A stretch of 62,926 nucleotides of DNA, counting the filler, from Trichosphaerium sp. ATCC 40318 (taxonomy: Eukaryota; Protista; Tubulinea), in assembly GCA_038496445.1 (NCBI GenBank). It is 3 parts of 3 records of this genome, joined end to end, with 100 filler letters (N's around TTAATTAATTAA, not from the genome) between each part and the next. Parts side by side here need not be neighbours in the genome. Positions count along the whole stretch, not along the records: positions 49,432 to 62,926 come from JALMLS010000083.1; 2 more parts are not named here. The stretch is one strand, 5' to 3'. The notes beneath the pieces were generated by a model that did not search any database, had not been told where the DNA came from, and saw only the letters and a program-made list of their open reading frames with translations. This document shows positions 49,432 to 62,579 of the stretch, in pieces; the stretch's first letter is position 1; every line of letters starts with the position of its first letter. A program made the translations under genes and the position numbers.

Positions 49432-50979
49432 CTGTATAAATTTTTTTCGACTTTGTTAATAAACCTGCCTGTTCTAAGCATAGAATGCGCATTTTTGTCT
49501 GTGACCACCAGTTTTGTGGTAATTACAAGCGTTATGAAATATCACTTGTCAGCAAAGCGTTAGCGACTAAAGTACGTTTTTGTTGGATTGTATACCATAG
49601 AATGGGCGGGACAGTTTATTTTTTTTTAATTGGGCGGGGCGCTTGCGGGAGATAGTCAATGCAAATTCGTCGGCGACAGAAAAGGCGAAACAGCGATACC
49701 AAAGGGAACAACGGAGGTAAAAAGCAACTACAGAGACTGAAATAAGAGAAAATAAAGCGATTTTGATGAGCTCGAAAGTTTTGTTTTTTTTTTTGATCAA
49801 AAATATCCACAAAAAAAGAAACCGTACAGACGCTACAAACTGAGAAAGGGCGCACCAAAGGGGTTAAAAAACCCAACCGCGAGTGGTTTATGACAAAAAA
49901 AGGGTGGTACAAAGCGCGCGGGCGGGTAGAACGCGGCAAACAAACCTTCGAAAAGTTTTTTTTTTACCCACTGTGGATATTTGTACCGGCTTTGAAGTGA
50001 GTAATAACGGTGTTGAACCAAGCCAGGACCACGAAAACTCGATATTTTCGGGAAAGGGAGCCAGTCTTTCAACCGTGTAGCCTAATGGAGGCGTAAATGG
50101 AGAAAAGACTATGAGGCATAAACCAAAATCAGATTCCCCCAAAAACGCTAGGCGATTTACCTGCGCGGAAGGACAAGGAAAAATTTTGAGTGAAATGCGC
50201 CTGCAGAAATCGCATCTCTTTCCCTTGGCATAATCGAGAAAACAAAAAAGAATCGGTCGAACGCATAAAAAAGTGCATTTGAAGAAAATGCAGCAAAACG
50301 CGACGTCCGAAAGCCCTTTTGTTGTACCCGATGAACGAGCCCACAGGGAGTGCACGGTGACCATGGGTTCCGCCCATCGTGCAGCACATTTACGGTGACT
50401 GACTATCACGCCTGAGCAACACTCCCAAAATACAGGAGTGCGCTCAAGTGTGACGGTTAAGCACGAGGACCTAGGATGCTGTCGTCTTCTACCATATAAG
50501 CCCCCTATGAAACATGCGTACAAACATAGCAACATAGCAACATAGGCATTGGTAATCGACTTGTGGCTCCAACACAACCTTTCGTCTGAGGTGATGACAA
50601 TGTGTGTTCTGTAACTACAGAACACTGTTTATCAAGGCATAACGAAAAGGGTAGTCTGTATTCTTCTATCGCAAGAAAAGACACTTTTGGACCAAACACG
50701 TGGTTCTATTGAGTTTTTGAGCGTTTTTGAGCACATGACTGTAAGTCCTCTTTGCTATGCGATCCCTCTTACTTCCTACTGGAAAGTAGACATGAGCATT
50801 TTAGTTGCGCTTACGCACACACACACAAAAACCACGAGTATGGCTACTCTAGCTTTCTTATGTGATAGAAAAGGCCGAGTTAAGCTCGTCTCTTAGTATA
50901 TCCATCGATGACGATGCCAGTTGGTTGTTGTTGTGTGTGGTAATTGCAGCTTTAATACTTGTCCACTCCCAGAATGAAG

Positions 50980-51720
50980 AGTTCTCTTCTATCATTATAA
51001 CGCACGTTTTAGTACGGAGCGTAGAAATGTTAATCGAGTTCTTGGGTTACGAGACTGTACTCTCAAAGATACAGCAACACAACCACTTCAATAGTGTGTG
51101 ATGTTAGTGACACAAAATACTCTCAAGTACTTTGTATCATTAGAACGCAGACATTGTTACAATACAATATTGTCCTGAGTGGATCAATGTTTATTGTACA
51201 ACGTGGACACCTGTACTCCTCCTTCATCTTATCTCTGTCATATGAAACGACAGATTGATAAAGAGATGTCGATCGAGTCATTGTCAATTAGACATGTTGA
51301 AAATTGAGCTTGTAGCCCTGAGTGGGCAAACAGTTCAATACAACATGAGTTGAAGCCCTGAGTGGGCAACAACTACTTGTGTACAAAACCACATGTTCTC
51401 TTCTAGCATTAGAACACTCGTTTGAAGTGTAGAAATGCTAATCGAGTCATGGTCAGCCGAAACTTGGCTCCCTCTTCTAGCATTAGAACACTTTATCACA
51501 ATGTGTAGAAATGCTAATCGAGTAGCAAGATTTGGCAAATTCACGGTTCCTAGTATGTGCAAGTCACATCACCAAGAGCACGTGAATAAAAGTTGAAGCC
51601 CTTAGTGGGCAACAACTACCAATATAAACACATGTTCTCTTCTAACATTATAACACCTCCAAAAAAGGTGTAGAAATGCTAATCGAGTCCAGAGTTATAC
51701 AGCTCTAAGTATGTGCAAAG
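50980..51720 (+). repeat. rDNA IGS/5'ETS subrepeats
   Basis: Repeated TGAAGCCCTGAGTGGGCAACAACTAC (~51311, 51351, 51594) and CTCTTCTAGCATTAGAACAC..GTGTAGAAATGCTAATCGAGT (~51398, 51472, 51637; degenerate at ~50985). Confidence 0.75.
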
Positions 51721-52428
51721 TCACATGCTTAGGTTGAGAGAAAGGAATCAAAGTGTTCCAATATTTCAACAGAAGCTGTAACAACATATCCAAAACACCC
51801 AATGGAAAGATAAAGTATCAAGTACTTGGGTAATAATAGATGTGAGCCTGAAGCAGAAATGTGAAAGGCAAATTGACGGAAAGGCACACAAGCCAAGTAC
51901 ATCAATAAAAGCAAGTGTAGCAAATTGCTACAACTTGAAGGCTTAACAAGGAAAGGCACAGTTCAAGTACTTGAATAAGTAAAGAAAAACCAAAAAAAAA
52001 AAAAAAAAAAAAAAAAAGAGTGTATGAAAAATGATGCAGTTGCAAGCTATTACCGACGATGCCTCAAGGGCTACTCAGTAAAAAATAGGCATGACTCATC
52101 AAGAAAAGTAGTCCTTTAAAAAGACACAACCCTATGCTGTTGTGGCAATGTGCTCTATGAGCATCTCTTGCCATAAAAACCATAACCAAGACACATCAGC
52201 TTCTTCTCCAACAAGAAAGGCTGGTGTTGTCCGGCACCAGGTATTTGTGATGTTCATCAAAAAGACCTTCGTCTATATATCCTCCTTGAAAGAGAATAGG
52301 AATAAAGATTGAATGGTTTCTTATGAAGTTCATTCTTCAAAAAACCACCTAAAAACCTCAACCACCTTTGGTCTGATGAGAATTTATTTTAAATGCAGCT
52401 ATCTGCTTTAAAACTCTGATGCAAAAGG

Positions 52429-55079
52429 TACCTGGTTGAGCCTGCCAGGAGTGATAAGCTTTCTCGAAGGATTAAGCCATGCAAGCTCAGCAAAGAGGTA
52501 TCCTCGGAGCCGCAAACGGCTCCTTAAAACGGTCGTAACCCACCCGACAAGACTAATAATGGTCACGTCATTTTGCACACAGGAACTTGTTTCCTAAACG
52601 CACTATAACCAAAACTCGTGGCCTCCCCCGCGGATAACCGGGATTAAAGGAAACCTGCGGCTAATACGTAATGCGCCTAGCGCTGCCGATGGGCCCCTCT
52701 GCTGCAAGGACCCATCGGTCGCATCCAACGCTCAGGAGCGGACGATCACCCGATCCCATCTTGGTTCGCCAAGGGAAGCAGCCTCCCCTTAGGAAGCGGC
52801 GTCCGTACTCCGTCGGGAAGAGCGGCGTTGGGGCATGCGATGGAGTTATGAGGAGTTCTCTCTGACTAGACATGTTTCTAAAAAAATTGTTAAAGTTTAC
52901 ATAAGTGAAACTAGGTGAAAGAAAAATGAACACTGTTCAAATCTCGATCCTTCGCTGAATGTGCTTCTTCATAAAGATCATATCGATATAAAGTTGAGAG
53001 TTCTCCCCCTCCACGAGTCGGAAGGGCGGCCGACCTATCAGCCAGGCGGTAGGGTAACGGCCTACCGCGGCAGTGACGGGTAACGGGGAACTAGGGTTCG
53101 GTTCCCGGAGAAGGGGCATTAGATACGGCCCCTGTACTTACGGGTAACAGCAGGCGCGTAACTTGGCCATTGATTGCAAATCGAGCCAGCGACTGAGTGT
53201 AACGAGGCCGGCATTTAAACCGGTCGTCGCAATGAGGGGCAACTGAATGTCGCCCTGAGAAACTATTGGAGGACAAGTTGGGTGCCAGCACCCGCGGTAA
53301 CACCCACTCCGAAAGCTTATACTTTTGCTGTTGCTGTTAAAGCGCTCGCAGTCCAAACAACGACACAGCTGAGAGGGACAAGGTTTAGATATAAGAATTT
53401 ATTCTTTTGAACAAACCCCCCGACTCTTTTTCATCGCCCGACCAGGCATAAATGGCTTCGCTCAAACGCAAGGTCAGTTTAGGCTTCGGCCGCTATGCCA
53501 CCCACCAGCATCCTGGAATTGGGCTTTAAAAAAACAAAAAACAACACTTTACCAAGTGCGACGCTCAAGTCTCATTTTAACTAAGTATGAACAATATCCT
53601 GATATGCAAGTCTGAGTGAAAACTCATGTTCTTCATTAAGGGAATAAAAACATTGTGAATTACAAAAAGTACTTTGAGGAAAAACTTGAGTTAGTCTTCA
53701 CACTAATAAAGAACACACGATTACTAGGTGCGTACGGGGTAGAGAGTGTGGTATCAGCGAGGAGTGAAATCTTTTGACCTGATCCAAACTACCCGAAGCG
53801 AAGGCGCTCTGCAAGGGCGTGGCCGGTGATCTAGAACGATGGTGGAGGGAGCGAAGCGGATTAGAGACCCGTGTAGTCTCCACAGTAAACGATGCCGACT
53901 GAATGGGCGCCGGGCAAACCAAGGCTCGGGGCCCGTTCCCACGGGAAACCGAAGTAATCGGGCCCAGGGGGGAAGTATGGTCGCAAGGCTGAAACTTAAA
54001 GGCATTGACGGAGCAACACCACCAGGCTCTGGAGGCTGCGGCTCAATTTGACTCAACGCGCGACAACTTACCGGGATCGGACGCTCTAAGGGGACGAACA
54101 GACTGAAGGGTCTTTTCCGAGTTAGCTAACGGTGGTGCATGGTCGTTTTAGGCTCGTGGACTTATCTGTCAGGTTTATTCCGATAACGGGCGAGATCGCT
54201 ACTGTCACATTGATTCCCCCGCCTCGTGCGGGACCCCTGTGCAGGACTGACGGCGAAAAGTCGTAAGAAGCGGCGGCTATAACAGATCCGGGATGCCCCC
54301 AGATATTCCGGGCCGCACGCGGCCTACACTGCTTAGTTCAACGGGTTCCTGGGCCGAACAGGCATCCGGGCAAGCCCTGAAACCGCCAGAACACTTCTTC
54401 ACGACAGCGAGTTAAACCTCAGATTTTATTATCTAAATACGACTACACTTAAACGCACCTTCGGAAACTACCACCTTCATAACAAAAGTCTGTCCTGAAC
54501 CTAATATAAAGAGTTAACCCCCTCGTCGAGGCTTTTTAGGAAGTTAAATTCCTTTAATGTTAAGATGAGAAGCGCTGTTAGATGAAAACTTACATCTTTG
54601 GACTTGTTCCTTAGTGTAAACATTGAAAGAGCTGTGGATCGTTTCAAATTAACAAACAAGGTTTCTTCTTCACTTAAATGCTTTGACTTGGAAGATTATA
54701 TCTTTACCAAGGCAAACTTTATTATGAAGCAAGTTTCTGCAATGTTCATAAAAAATACATGAAAGCGCACCGTGTGGTCGATTTGGATGTTAAGTGTGCT
54801 CAATGCTGCTTCTTCGAAAAGACACATGCGTGCTTAGGGACTGGTTGCTGTAACTGTAGCCACGAACGCGGAATGCCTCGTACAGGTGTGTCATCAACGC
54901 ACCTGGAATCTGTCCCTGTTGCTTGTACACACCGCCCGTCGCATCGACCGATGTGGGTGCGAGTGAGACCAGGGGGGACGACCGGCTTGCCGGTTATCGA
55001 ACCTGCTCGAACTTGCGCTCATAAAGGATGATGAAGTCGTAACAAGGTTTCAGTAGGTGAACCTGCTGAAGGATCAATA
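52429..55079 (+). rRNA. 18S (SSU) rRNA, ~2.65 kb, highly divergent
   Basis: 5' TACCTGGTTGAGCCTGCCAG; GTGCCAGCACCCGCGGTAA; AAACTTAAAGGCATTGACGG; GTACACACCGCCCGTC; 3' AAGTCGTAACAAGGTTTCAGTAGGTGAACCTGCTGAAGGATCA. Confidence 0.97.
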
Positions 55080-55317
55080 CTATTGGTATTAAACCCTTAG
55101 AAGCAATTAAACCAACTTTTAACCAAGTTTAAAAGAAAAAATTGGAGTATCAGCTCTGGTTTGGTAAATCTAATCTTACCTCGGTAAGTGAAGATGCAAT
55201 CATCCTCTGCTGTGGTGATATCTTGCATATCTGCCAGCTCCACAACCGCCATTTTGGCAAACCAAAACACAGTCGTGGCACGACTATAAAGAACGTCAAG
55301 ATTTTCGAAAGAAACCA

Positions 55318-55482
55318 AACCTTGTCGGTGAACGGTTAGGCACCTCCCCCGAAGAAGGCCATGGATCACTATGAAACCAGCCACCGGAATCGCTCTCATC
55401 TGAAGGTGGCATTGCCGAATGCCTCAGGCCGCGTTCTGTATTCTCACGAATCACAGGCAAAGGAGCGTGACTCAGCGACGCC
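55318..55482 (+). rRNA. 5.8S rRNA, highly divergent
   Basis: Lies between ITS1 and ITS2, with weak core GAAGAAGGCC..CCGAATGC. Its 3' GTGACTCAGCGACGC pairs with LSU 5' GCGTCCTGAGTTAC. Confidence 0.75.
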
Positions 55483-55685
55483 AGCAAAACAAACACTAAA
55501 TTTATTTGGTGCTGCGTATGGTGTACACACTTAATCTTCTAAAAAAAGAAAGTGGTTGCCACAACTAATTAATAAATTGCCGGAAGTGATGTTCCTCCAG
55601 AACTCATGCCTAGCTTACTTAAGCGAAGCTTTAGAGCGAAGGTTGGTTTACATACTGAACTGAAAGCATTAAAAAAACACAACTT

Positions 55686-58301
55686 GCGTCCTGAGTTACA
55701 CTTGGCGACCTGCCTAAGTTAAGCATATCATTGGGGCAGAGGAAAGGAAACCAAAAGGGACTCCCTGAGTAGCGGCGAGCGAAAGGGGACAAGCTCAAGC
55801 CTGAATCCGAGCCTAGCATCGGAGTTGTGGGCTAAGGCGTGGTGGCTCTTCCAGACGTTGACGGGAATTACGCACGAGTCGTAGCCGTAGAGGGTGCGAG
55901 CCCCGTACGCTGTCAACCGAGGAAATAGAGTCCCATCGTCCAGGAGTAGTATGGTTTGGCCGTGCCATACGAAGTTACCGGGAGGTTACCCGGCAAGGCT
56001 AAGTATCGGGAGGTGGCCGATAGCGCACCAGTACCGTGAGGGAAGACTGAAACAGCACTCCTCGATAGAGGGTTAAAAGACCCGAAGCCGGCAAGGGTAC
56101 AAATGGCACGGAGTACGTAGGTGCCCTGCACCTAATCTGCACATGGCAGACGCTCTTGTAGCGAGGGAAAAGCGACCGGGGCCTTGTGCCCTGGAAGATT
56201 ATAATGAAACAAAACGTCGAGGGGAAGGTAACATAGAAGTGACTAACACAAAAAAGTCATACTGGCTAACTGTGCTGTCCACACCATCCTACAAGCTGAA
56301 AAGCATAAAAACGTGGGTTTGGTTGAAAGGACATCAAAAAGCACTTTTAAACCTTTAAATGGCGTTGGTTCACTGAAATTACTGAAACCTCCGAATGTAC
56401 GTCTTCTTCCGAAAGGAACGAAGTTCGTCATTCATCGTCCACAACCTCAATGAGGCTCTATGCCCTTATTGGGCCATGGCCTCCGTGTATCCCGTCTTGA
56501 AACACGGATCAAGGAGTTCGCCGAGCGTGCGAGGGTGAGAGATCAAACCTCCAACCCGCACAGAAATGAAGCCAAGGATAAGCTCCTAGGCCGTCAAGTT
56601 CTTTATATAAAAACAAACGTATTGCAGTCACATGTATAAGTTTGCAAAGATCGACATAAAAAACCGACTATGCTATTATCATGTTTTTGTTACGCAAGTA
56701 ATTAAAAACACGTCACACCAAAGTAGATACACTTTGCCATCTCCGGCGTTGTTCTCTTGGCAGGCGATAGTACGTTGGGCGATACCCGAAAGGTAGCGAT
56801 CTATACCCGAAAAGGGGGAAGGCGGGAGAAATCCCGCTGGACGCCCGTAGCGTTGCTGACGTGCAAATCGCTCGCCGGACATTGGGTATAGGGGCGAGAG
56901 ACCAAACGAGCTGCCAACGTAGCTGGTACCGTTCGAAGTATCCCTAAGGATAGAGGGGGTCCGTGACGCCGGTCTCGTCTCGTAGAGCCACTGGAAAGAG
57001 GTATCGGAGGCCAAAGTTGCCATCGACCTATTATCAAACACATAAGAGGCGACCGACTACAGGCCGAATGGCTGTAGTCACCGAGACGGTGGACCCCTAT
57101 TGGGCCGGTCTTGATAAGCAGGACTGACGAGACGGTTTTAAACGCGAGCAGCAGCAAAGGCGCCCGAATAGGCAGTAACCAAGACAACGAAGGCGGTGTT
57201 CCAGTTTAGACAGCTGGAAGGTGGACATGGAAGTCGTCATCCTCTAAGGAGTGAGTAACTTCTCACCAGCCGAATTGGGACGCGCCGAAAATGGATGGCG
57301 CTAAACTGCCTTAGCCGCCGCTGCGCGATCGCCCCGGCTCGGCCCAGGGTGCGGTAGGACGGCGTGCTGGTGGCGTAGAAGGGGGGCGGTGGCGTCCACC
57401 CGGAGCCACCAGCAGTGATGATCTTGGTGGTAGTAGCAATTGGAGCCTGGTGAAACAGTGTTTATCACAGCCAGGTCGCCCAAGTGGGGAAGGGTTTCGC
57501 GGTGATGGCATTCAGCTGCGAGTTAGCCGGTCCTAAGCCAGCTCCTAATAGAGTATACTGTTTGATGCTGGCAGACGACACCTTGTTCGGATGAACTTTA
57601 CTGTTTTCTGAAGACTGGTGGAAGTCTGCGATGCTTTCAACTCGGCGAAAGGCAACCTGGTGAGTAATCCAGGGCATGGGTAAGGAGGATGCATTTGCTT
57701 TAGAAGTGGCAACACTGAGAGAGAGAGCGCACGCGAGCAACCACACTTCTGCGGGGCCTTCTCCCGCGCCTAAGCTATTCGAGGGAAACTCCCCGGAGCC
57801 ACGTAAAGCGGCGAAGGGAAAGAGTCGAGGGTAGCTAATGGGAAAGCACTTTTGCTTTCTAGGGGTGTTGGTGAGCTCGTTCTCACGAGGCTGCTCCTCT
57901 CCGAAGCCGACACTTTCGGGTGTTCAGTGTCCTCCAGGCTCATACCGTACCGAAAACCGCATCAGGTCCCCTAGGTTAGTCACCTCTGGCGCTGCACGGT
58001 GTAAACGGCGTAAGGGAAGTCGGCATACGCGGCCCGTAACTTCGGGAAAAGGGCTGGCTCTGCTGACCGGGACCCGGGACGACGTGCGTCTGCGCTACTT
58101 CAGTGTAGCCCCTTCGGGAACGGCGCACAGTCCCTGCAAAGAGGTCCACAAGCGGATCATGGCGGAACTCTCAGAAGCTTAGAGAACCCAACTGTTTACT
58201 TAAAACTTAGCCCTTTGATACCTCCTCTGAGGTCTGACAAAGGGTGACTCCTGCCCAGTGCTTTGAAAGTTGCGGTGCTTAATTTCACCCAAGCACGGGT
58301 T

Positions 58302-58351
<50 letters not shown>

Positions 58352-59068
58352 GTAACTAATGACGCGCATGAATGGATGAATGAGGTTCTCGCTGTCCCTA
58401 CGCCGACCGTGGCGAAACCACAGAGTCGCGAACGGGCGACTTTTCTACCAGCGGGGAAAGAAGACCCTGTTGAGTTTGACTCTCACCACGCTTAGGGGCT
58501 TGGCACTGGAGGTATAGGGTAGGAAGTAGTTTTTTACGAAAGGTGTAACACTTCTACTCCGGAGGTCGGGCCCCAGACGCATTCAAAACGGGCGAAAGCG
58601 CCTGCCTCTTCGGAGGACGTGGCGCTGCTCGAACCATACAAGTCGGTCTTTAGGTTGAGGCGGGCCCAATCGAAAGTGCGGATTACCTTCCGATTCCGAG
58701 ACTTTGACAAGCATTAAGGCGGACAGCGCGTGGCCGGGAGTTTGGCTGGGGCGGCACATCCGCTATAGGGTAACACGGATGACCTAAGGGGAGCTCAGTG
58801 GGGACAGAAACCCCACGTAGAGGCCAAGGCTAAAAGCCCCCTTGAGCAAGAGTGGAGCCATCGCTCTTGCACCCTAACGGGAGGCCTAGAGATCCCTCGT
58901 GACTAGTCATGTAACCTGACACTGGGGTGACAGAAAAATTACCATAGGGATAACTGGCTTGTGGTCGCCAAGCGCTCAGAGCGACGCGACTTTTTGATTC
59001 TTCGATGTCGGCTCTTCCTATCCAGGTGTAGCAGAATGCTCCAAGGGTTGGATTGTTCACCCACTTAC

Positions 59069-59112
<44 letters not shown>

Positions 59113-59518
59113 TTACCCTACTGGTGGGCCTATTTTATTAACATGCGCGTCGTCGGTAGCGATGCCTCAGTACGAGAGGAACGGGCATCGGTGGCCTCTA
59201 GTGTCCGCGGACGTCCGAGAGGGCGGTTCGCGAAGCCACGCCATTGGGAGTACGGCTGAAGGCCTCTAAAGTCGGAAACCCAGCCGCCAAGAGCCGCGCG
59301 GCGACATTGTCGTTGCTGCGCCTCCTCGAACGAAAGGCTTCGGCCCGCAAAGGTTCTACACTATGGCACAAGTAGCACGTCTTAGCAAACGCCCGCAGGG
59401 GCCCCGTAAACCACGGGAACTCGAACAGGGTCTTAGGGCATTTACTGTTGTAAGCTAGGGAGTCGCTCAAGCCTTCGGGTGCGACGACCTGCTGAGGCAG
59501 AGGCCCGACTAAATTGTA
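55686..59518 (+). rRNA. 28S (LSU) rRNA, ~3.8 kb
   Basis: TTAAGCATATCA; CCCGTCTTGAAACACGGA; GACTCTCTTAAGGTAGCCAAATGCC; PTC TCGATGTCGGCTCTTCC; sarcin-ricin loop AGTACGAGAGGAAC. Confidence 0.97.
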
Positions 59519-59949
59519 TTCAGAAATCTTCAATGTTACTCATTCTTCTCCTTTTTTCATCCTCCATGCGCTGAGATGTGATTTTTGATCTGCCCAAAGA
59601 CAAAGCAATAGTTCACCATCACAAGCCTCCTTCTTCAAATGATATTGCTATTTTTTTCTACTTGAAAAGTATTTAATAGCCCAAATATGTGGCTGTCAGA
59701 TGCATGAATATAGAACCAATTCTCCTTTTTTGTTTATTACATATCAATATGCTGCAACAACAAACCTAATTATTCATTAAATATTAAATTAAATAAAGTG
59801 TCTGTATTGTGCTTAGAGATGTTACAAAAATGTCTTTGACTTGTAATGACTTTTAGGTATGCAAACAGTTAAACTGGAAAAAAACCATTTATTTGGAAAA
59901 AAGGTTACATGTTCTTTATTTGTGTTGGTTTTTGATGTATGTTGCATTA

Positions 59950-61150
59950 GATTCACAAATAACTTCAACAGTGGTTGAGCTTGTTGGAATACTCAAATAC
60001 ACTTTAGCAAGCATTGCTAGGTTTGAGTAATGTATAGCGTTATTACACCACCATTTAAGTGGTCACTGCATCTATTCAATGGCAGGAGTAGGGCAGTATA
60101 CTTCAATCTCTTTGAAAACCTAATAGTGTGTTTCAGTAATAATTAAAAAAAAGGTTCTGTTTAACATATAGTTTTGATTGAATTAACATCTTATCCGCTA
60201 ACAAAGCTTGCAGCTGTACTTCATTGGTTGAAGCTGGATTTAATACAGTTATTGCTTTTGATTAAAATTCTCCAAAAGATCAGTTATATGTGTCCAAACA
60301 ATCAAGCGGTCAGCTAAATTCAAAAATAATAAATCTTTGGTATGAGGATCCAAAGCTGAGGCAATATAGCCAATAAGTACATATGAGTCATAACCAACAC
60401 ACAGTGGCCATACTATACATTGTTTTAATTTTGAAAGATTTTTTTTTAAGCATGTGACAATGGTAGACAAGAATCCTGCTTTTTTGGTTTCATCATGCAA
60501 AAAAAAAGTGGTGGTGTGGTATTTTTAAGACTGATAGCAAGTGTTTGTACTAATGATAAAATAAGATACTTATCACCTTCCAGCTGTGCAATCATGAATG
60601 CAATGGACTCTAAAACTCATTTAATGGTGTTAAGAACATTGAGCTTTTTGCAAAAAAGCACATTACTAAGGTAATCAAACAAACCAATTTCTTCCTTATC
60701 TTTTGCTTTTTGCCAATAGTGCTGATGCACTAATGTGAGCATATCACTGTTCTTTAAAAAGTGGTTGAGCATTTTATATGTAAAACTCCATCTGTAGATG
60801 AAATTTAGTAGATGAAGACAAAAGAAAGTAAAAAGAATATACTTGGTCTGGCCTCAGTGTTCAAGTTAAGCAAAAACATTTGAGTTGATAACTCAGGTAT
60901 TTTTACATCACACCATTCTACCAACAACTTATTAGCAGCCTTCATGTTACTGGCATTGTTGGCAACAAAGCATTTTGGCACTAGTGAGTACTTTTCAAAT
61001 ATTTCACACACCACAGCCTGAAAAGTATATTAGTTAACTGTAAAATACAAATTAAATTGTTTTGTTAAAAAAAAAGCTTACTGTGATGTTAATGGCAGTG
61101 TGAGAGACATCAATTTGTTTCACTGCAAGGCATACAGACCACATGTGCTG
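59950..61150 (-). pseudogene. Decayed hAT (Ac-like) transposase
   Basis: Fragments SHTAINI, ANNASNMKAA, RWSFTYKML, LEGDKY, ASALDP and the dimerization domain PLKWW..YSNLAMLAKVYLSIPTSSTTVE, with stops and frameshifts. Confidence 0.85.
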
Positions 61151-62579
61151 TAAAAAAGAGAGTTTATGGTATGTTGTAACAGAAAAAACAGTATCAACTA
61201 TCCTTTTGAGAATGGCAGCATTGTTTTAGCAGCATAGGCATCTGCCAATTACATTGTTCCTAAAGTATACGTTATTAGAGCATATGTTAGCTAGAGTAAC
61301 CAAGTACTGTTTTTAGAATTGATTCACTTTTTGTAAAGTTTATCATCCAGAAAAGACTTCTATATTCCCTCTTTAAGTGGATTTTGTGAAGAAATGGATT
61401 GTTACACTAACAAAAAGGTGTGTAGGCCATTTGAATACCAAATCAAAGTGTTAAACACATTTTTAAGAACAAAAACTAAAAAAGAGTTTCTGCTGTTCAA
61501 ATTGCTCAGTGGTGTCATGGTGTACAAAATTTAAATTATTAAAACTAGTTTTTTGTGATTTTTTTTTATGACAGCAAAAATACCCATATTTTACTGGAAC
61601 AAGGGCATTTTAACTGTGATAGAAACAACATGGCCATTGCAGCAGTTTGAAACAGATTTCCAGAAATTTTCACAAAAGCATTTTATACTGCTGTAATTAC
61701 CACACCATTACAATATAATGAAAATTGCTGTAATTCTGGTATATTTGCAGCATTTATGCTGACAAAGACCAACAAAAAAATTAAGTGTGTTGGACAATGT
61801 ACCATAGCTCCAATGTATCAACACTGATTTGTGGCTCTTGGGTTTGAAGAAATTTCATGAGATTTTTTTTTAACCTATTAATACATTTAGTGTAAGTTGT
61901 TTGGTAAATTATATGAAACAACTAAATACAAAGTTGAAATAGCTATTAGATTGGCAAAAAACAATCAAAACCTCATGGTCTCATTAGTACCACAAAATAC
62001 CTTTGTTAAAAAAATGAGCAAATATGAGGCATTGTCTTGTAATTTTGGGCTTTAAAGCCTCATATTTGGACCAAATAGCAAGCAACTGGTTCACTAATTA
62101 GCTTTAAAAAAGCCTGCATTGTTGGTTCAAAAATGCCTCATTTTTAGTGCAACAATAAAGCATTTTTGCCCTCAATTTTTGGGCATAACTCAGGCACCAT
62201 ATACTCATAAAACAAGGCTTTATATAAGCATACAATAGTGATTCATTTATTAAAGTACAGTACACAAAACACAAAAAACTTCAATGTCCTCCATGTGAAA
62301 AAAAACCTGTAGCTAGAAAAAAAAATTAACAAATTATTGGTATAATTTTCGCGGACTGGAAAAATGGTTTAAAGTACCTGTACTCCTGTTGTAGGTGCAC
62401 TTGGGTGCTGCGGTTCGAATGGCGGCGGTTTCATTAGAATCCATAAAATACTAAGCGCATGGTGATACTGTCTATATAAAATGTCAGCAGTAAATGGAAA
62501 AAAATGTTTAGGAAGTGTTGGTGTGGTGGAGACTTACCTTAAACCAATGCATCCTTAATGTACAATGTGTACACAACCA

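Noticed and set aside
50440-50492. Possible 5S rRNA 3' end (GGATGCTGTCGTCTT)
   Set aside because: No recognisable 5S 5' half or internal control boxes at the right distance.
51300-51700. CRISPR-like spaced repeats
   Set aside because: Irregular spacing, non-unique spacers, eukaryotic rDNA spacer context and no cas genes.
52364-52430. CTGATGAG within a stem upstream of the 18S (hammerhead-like)
   Set aside because: No GAAA core after stem II. More likely a 5'ETS hairpin at the processing site.
54388-54828. Group I intron in the SSU
   Set aside because: It lies in a variable region, and no P7 or conserved core elements were found by eye.
52661-59533. Many ORFs inside the rDNA
   Set aside because: Spurious ORFs in GC-rich rRNA sequence, with no endonuclease or RT motifs.
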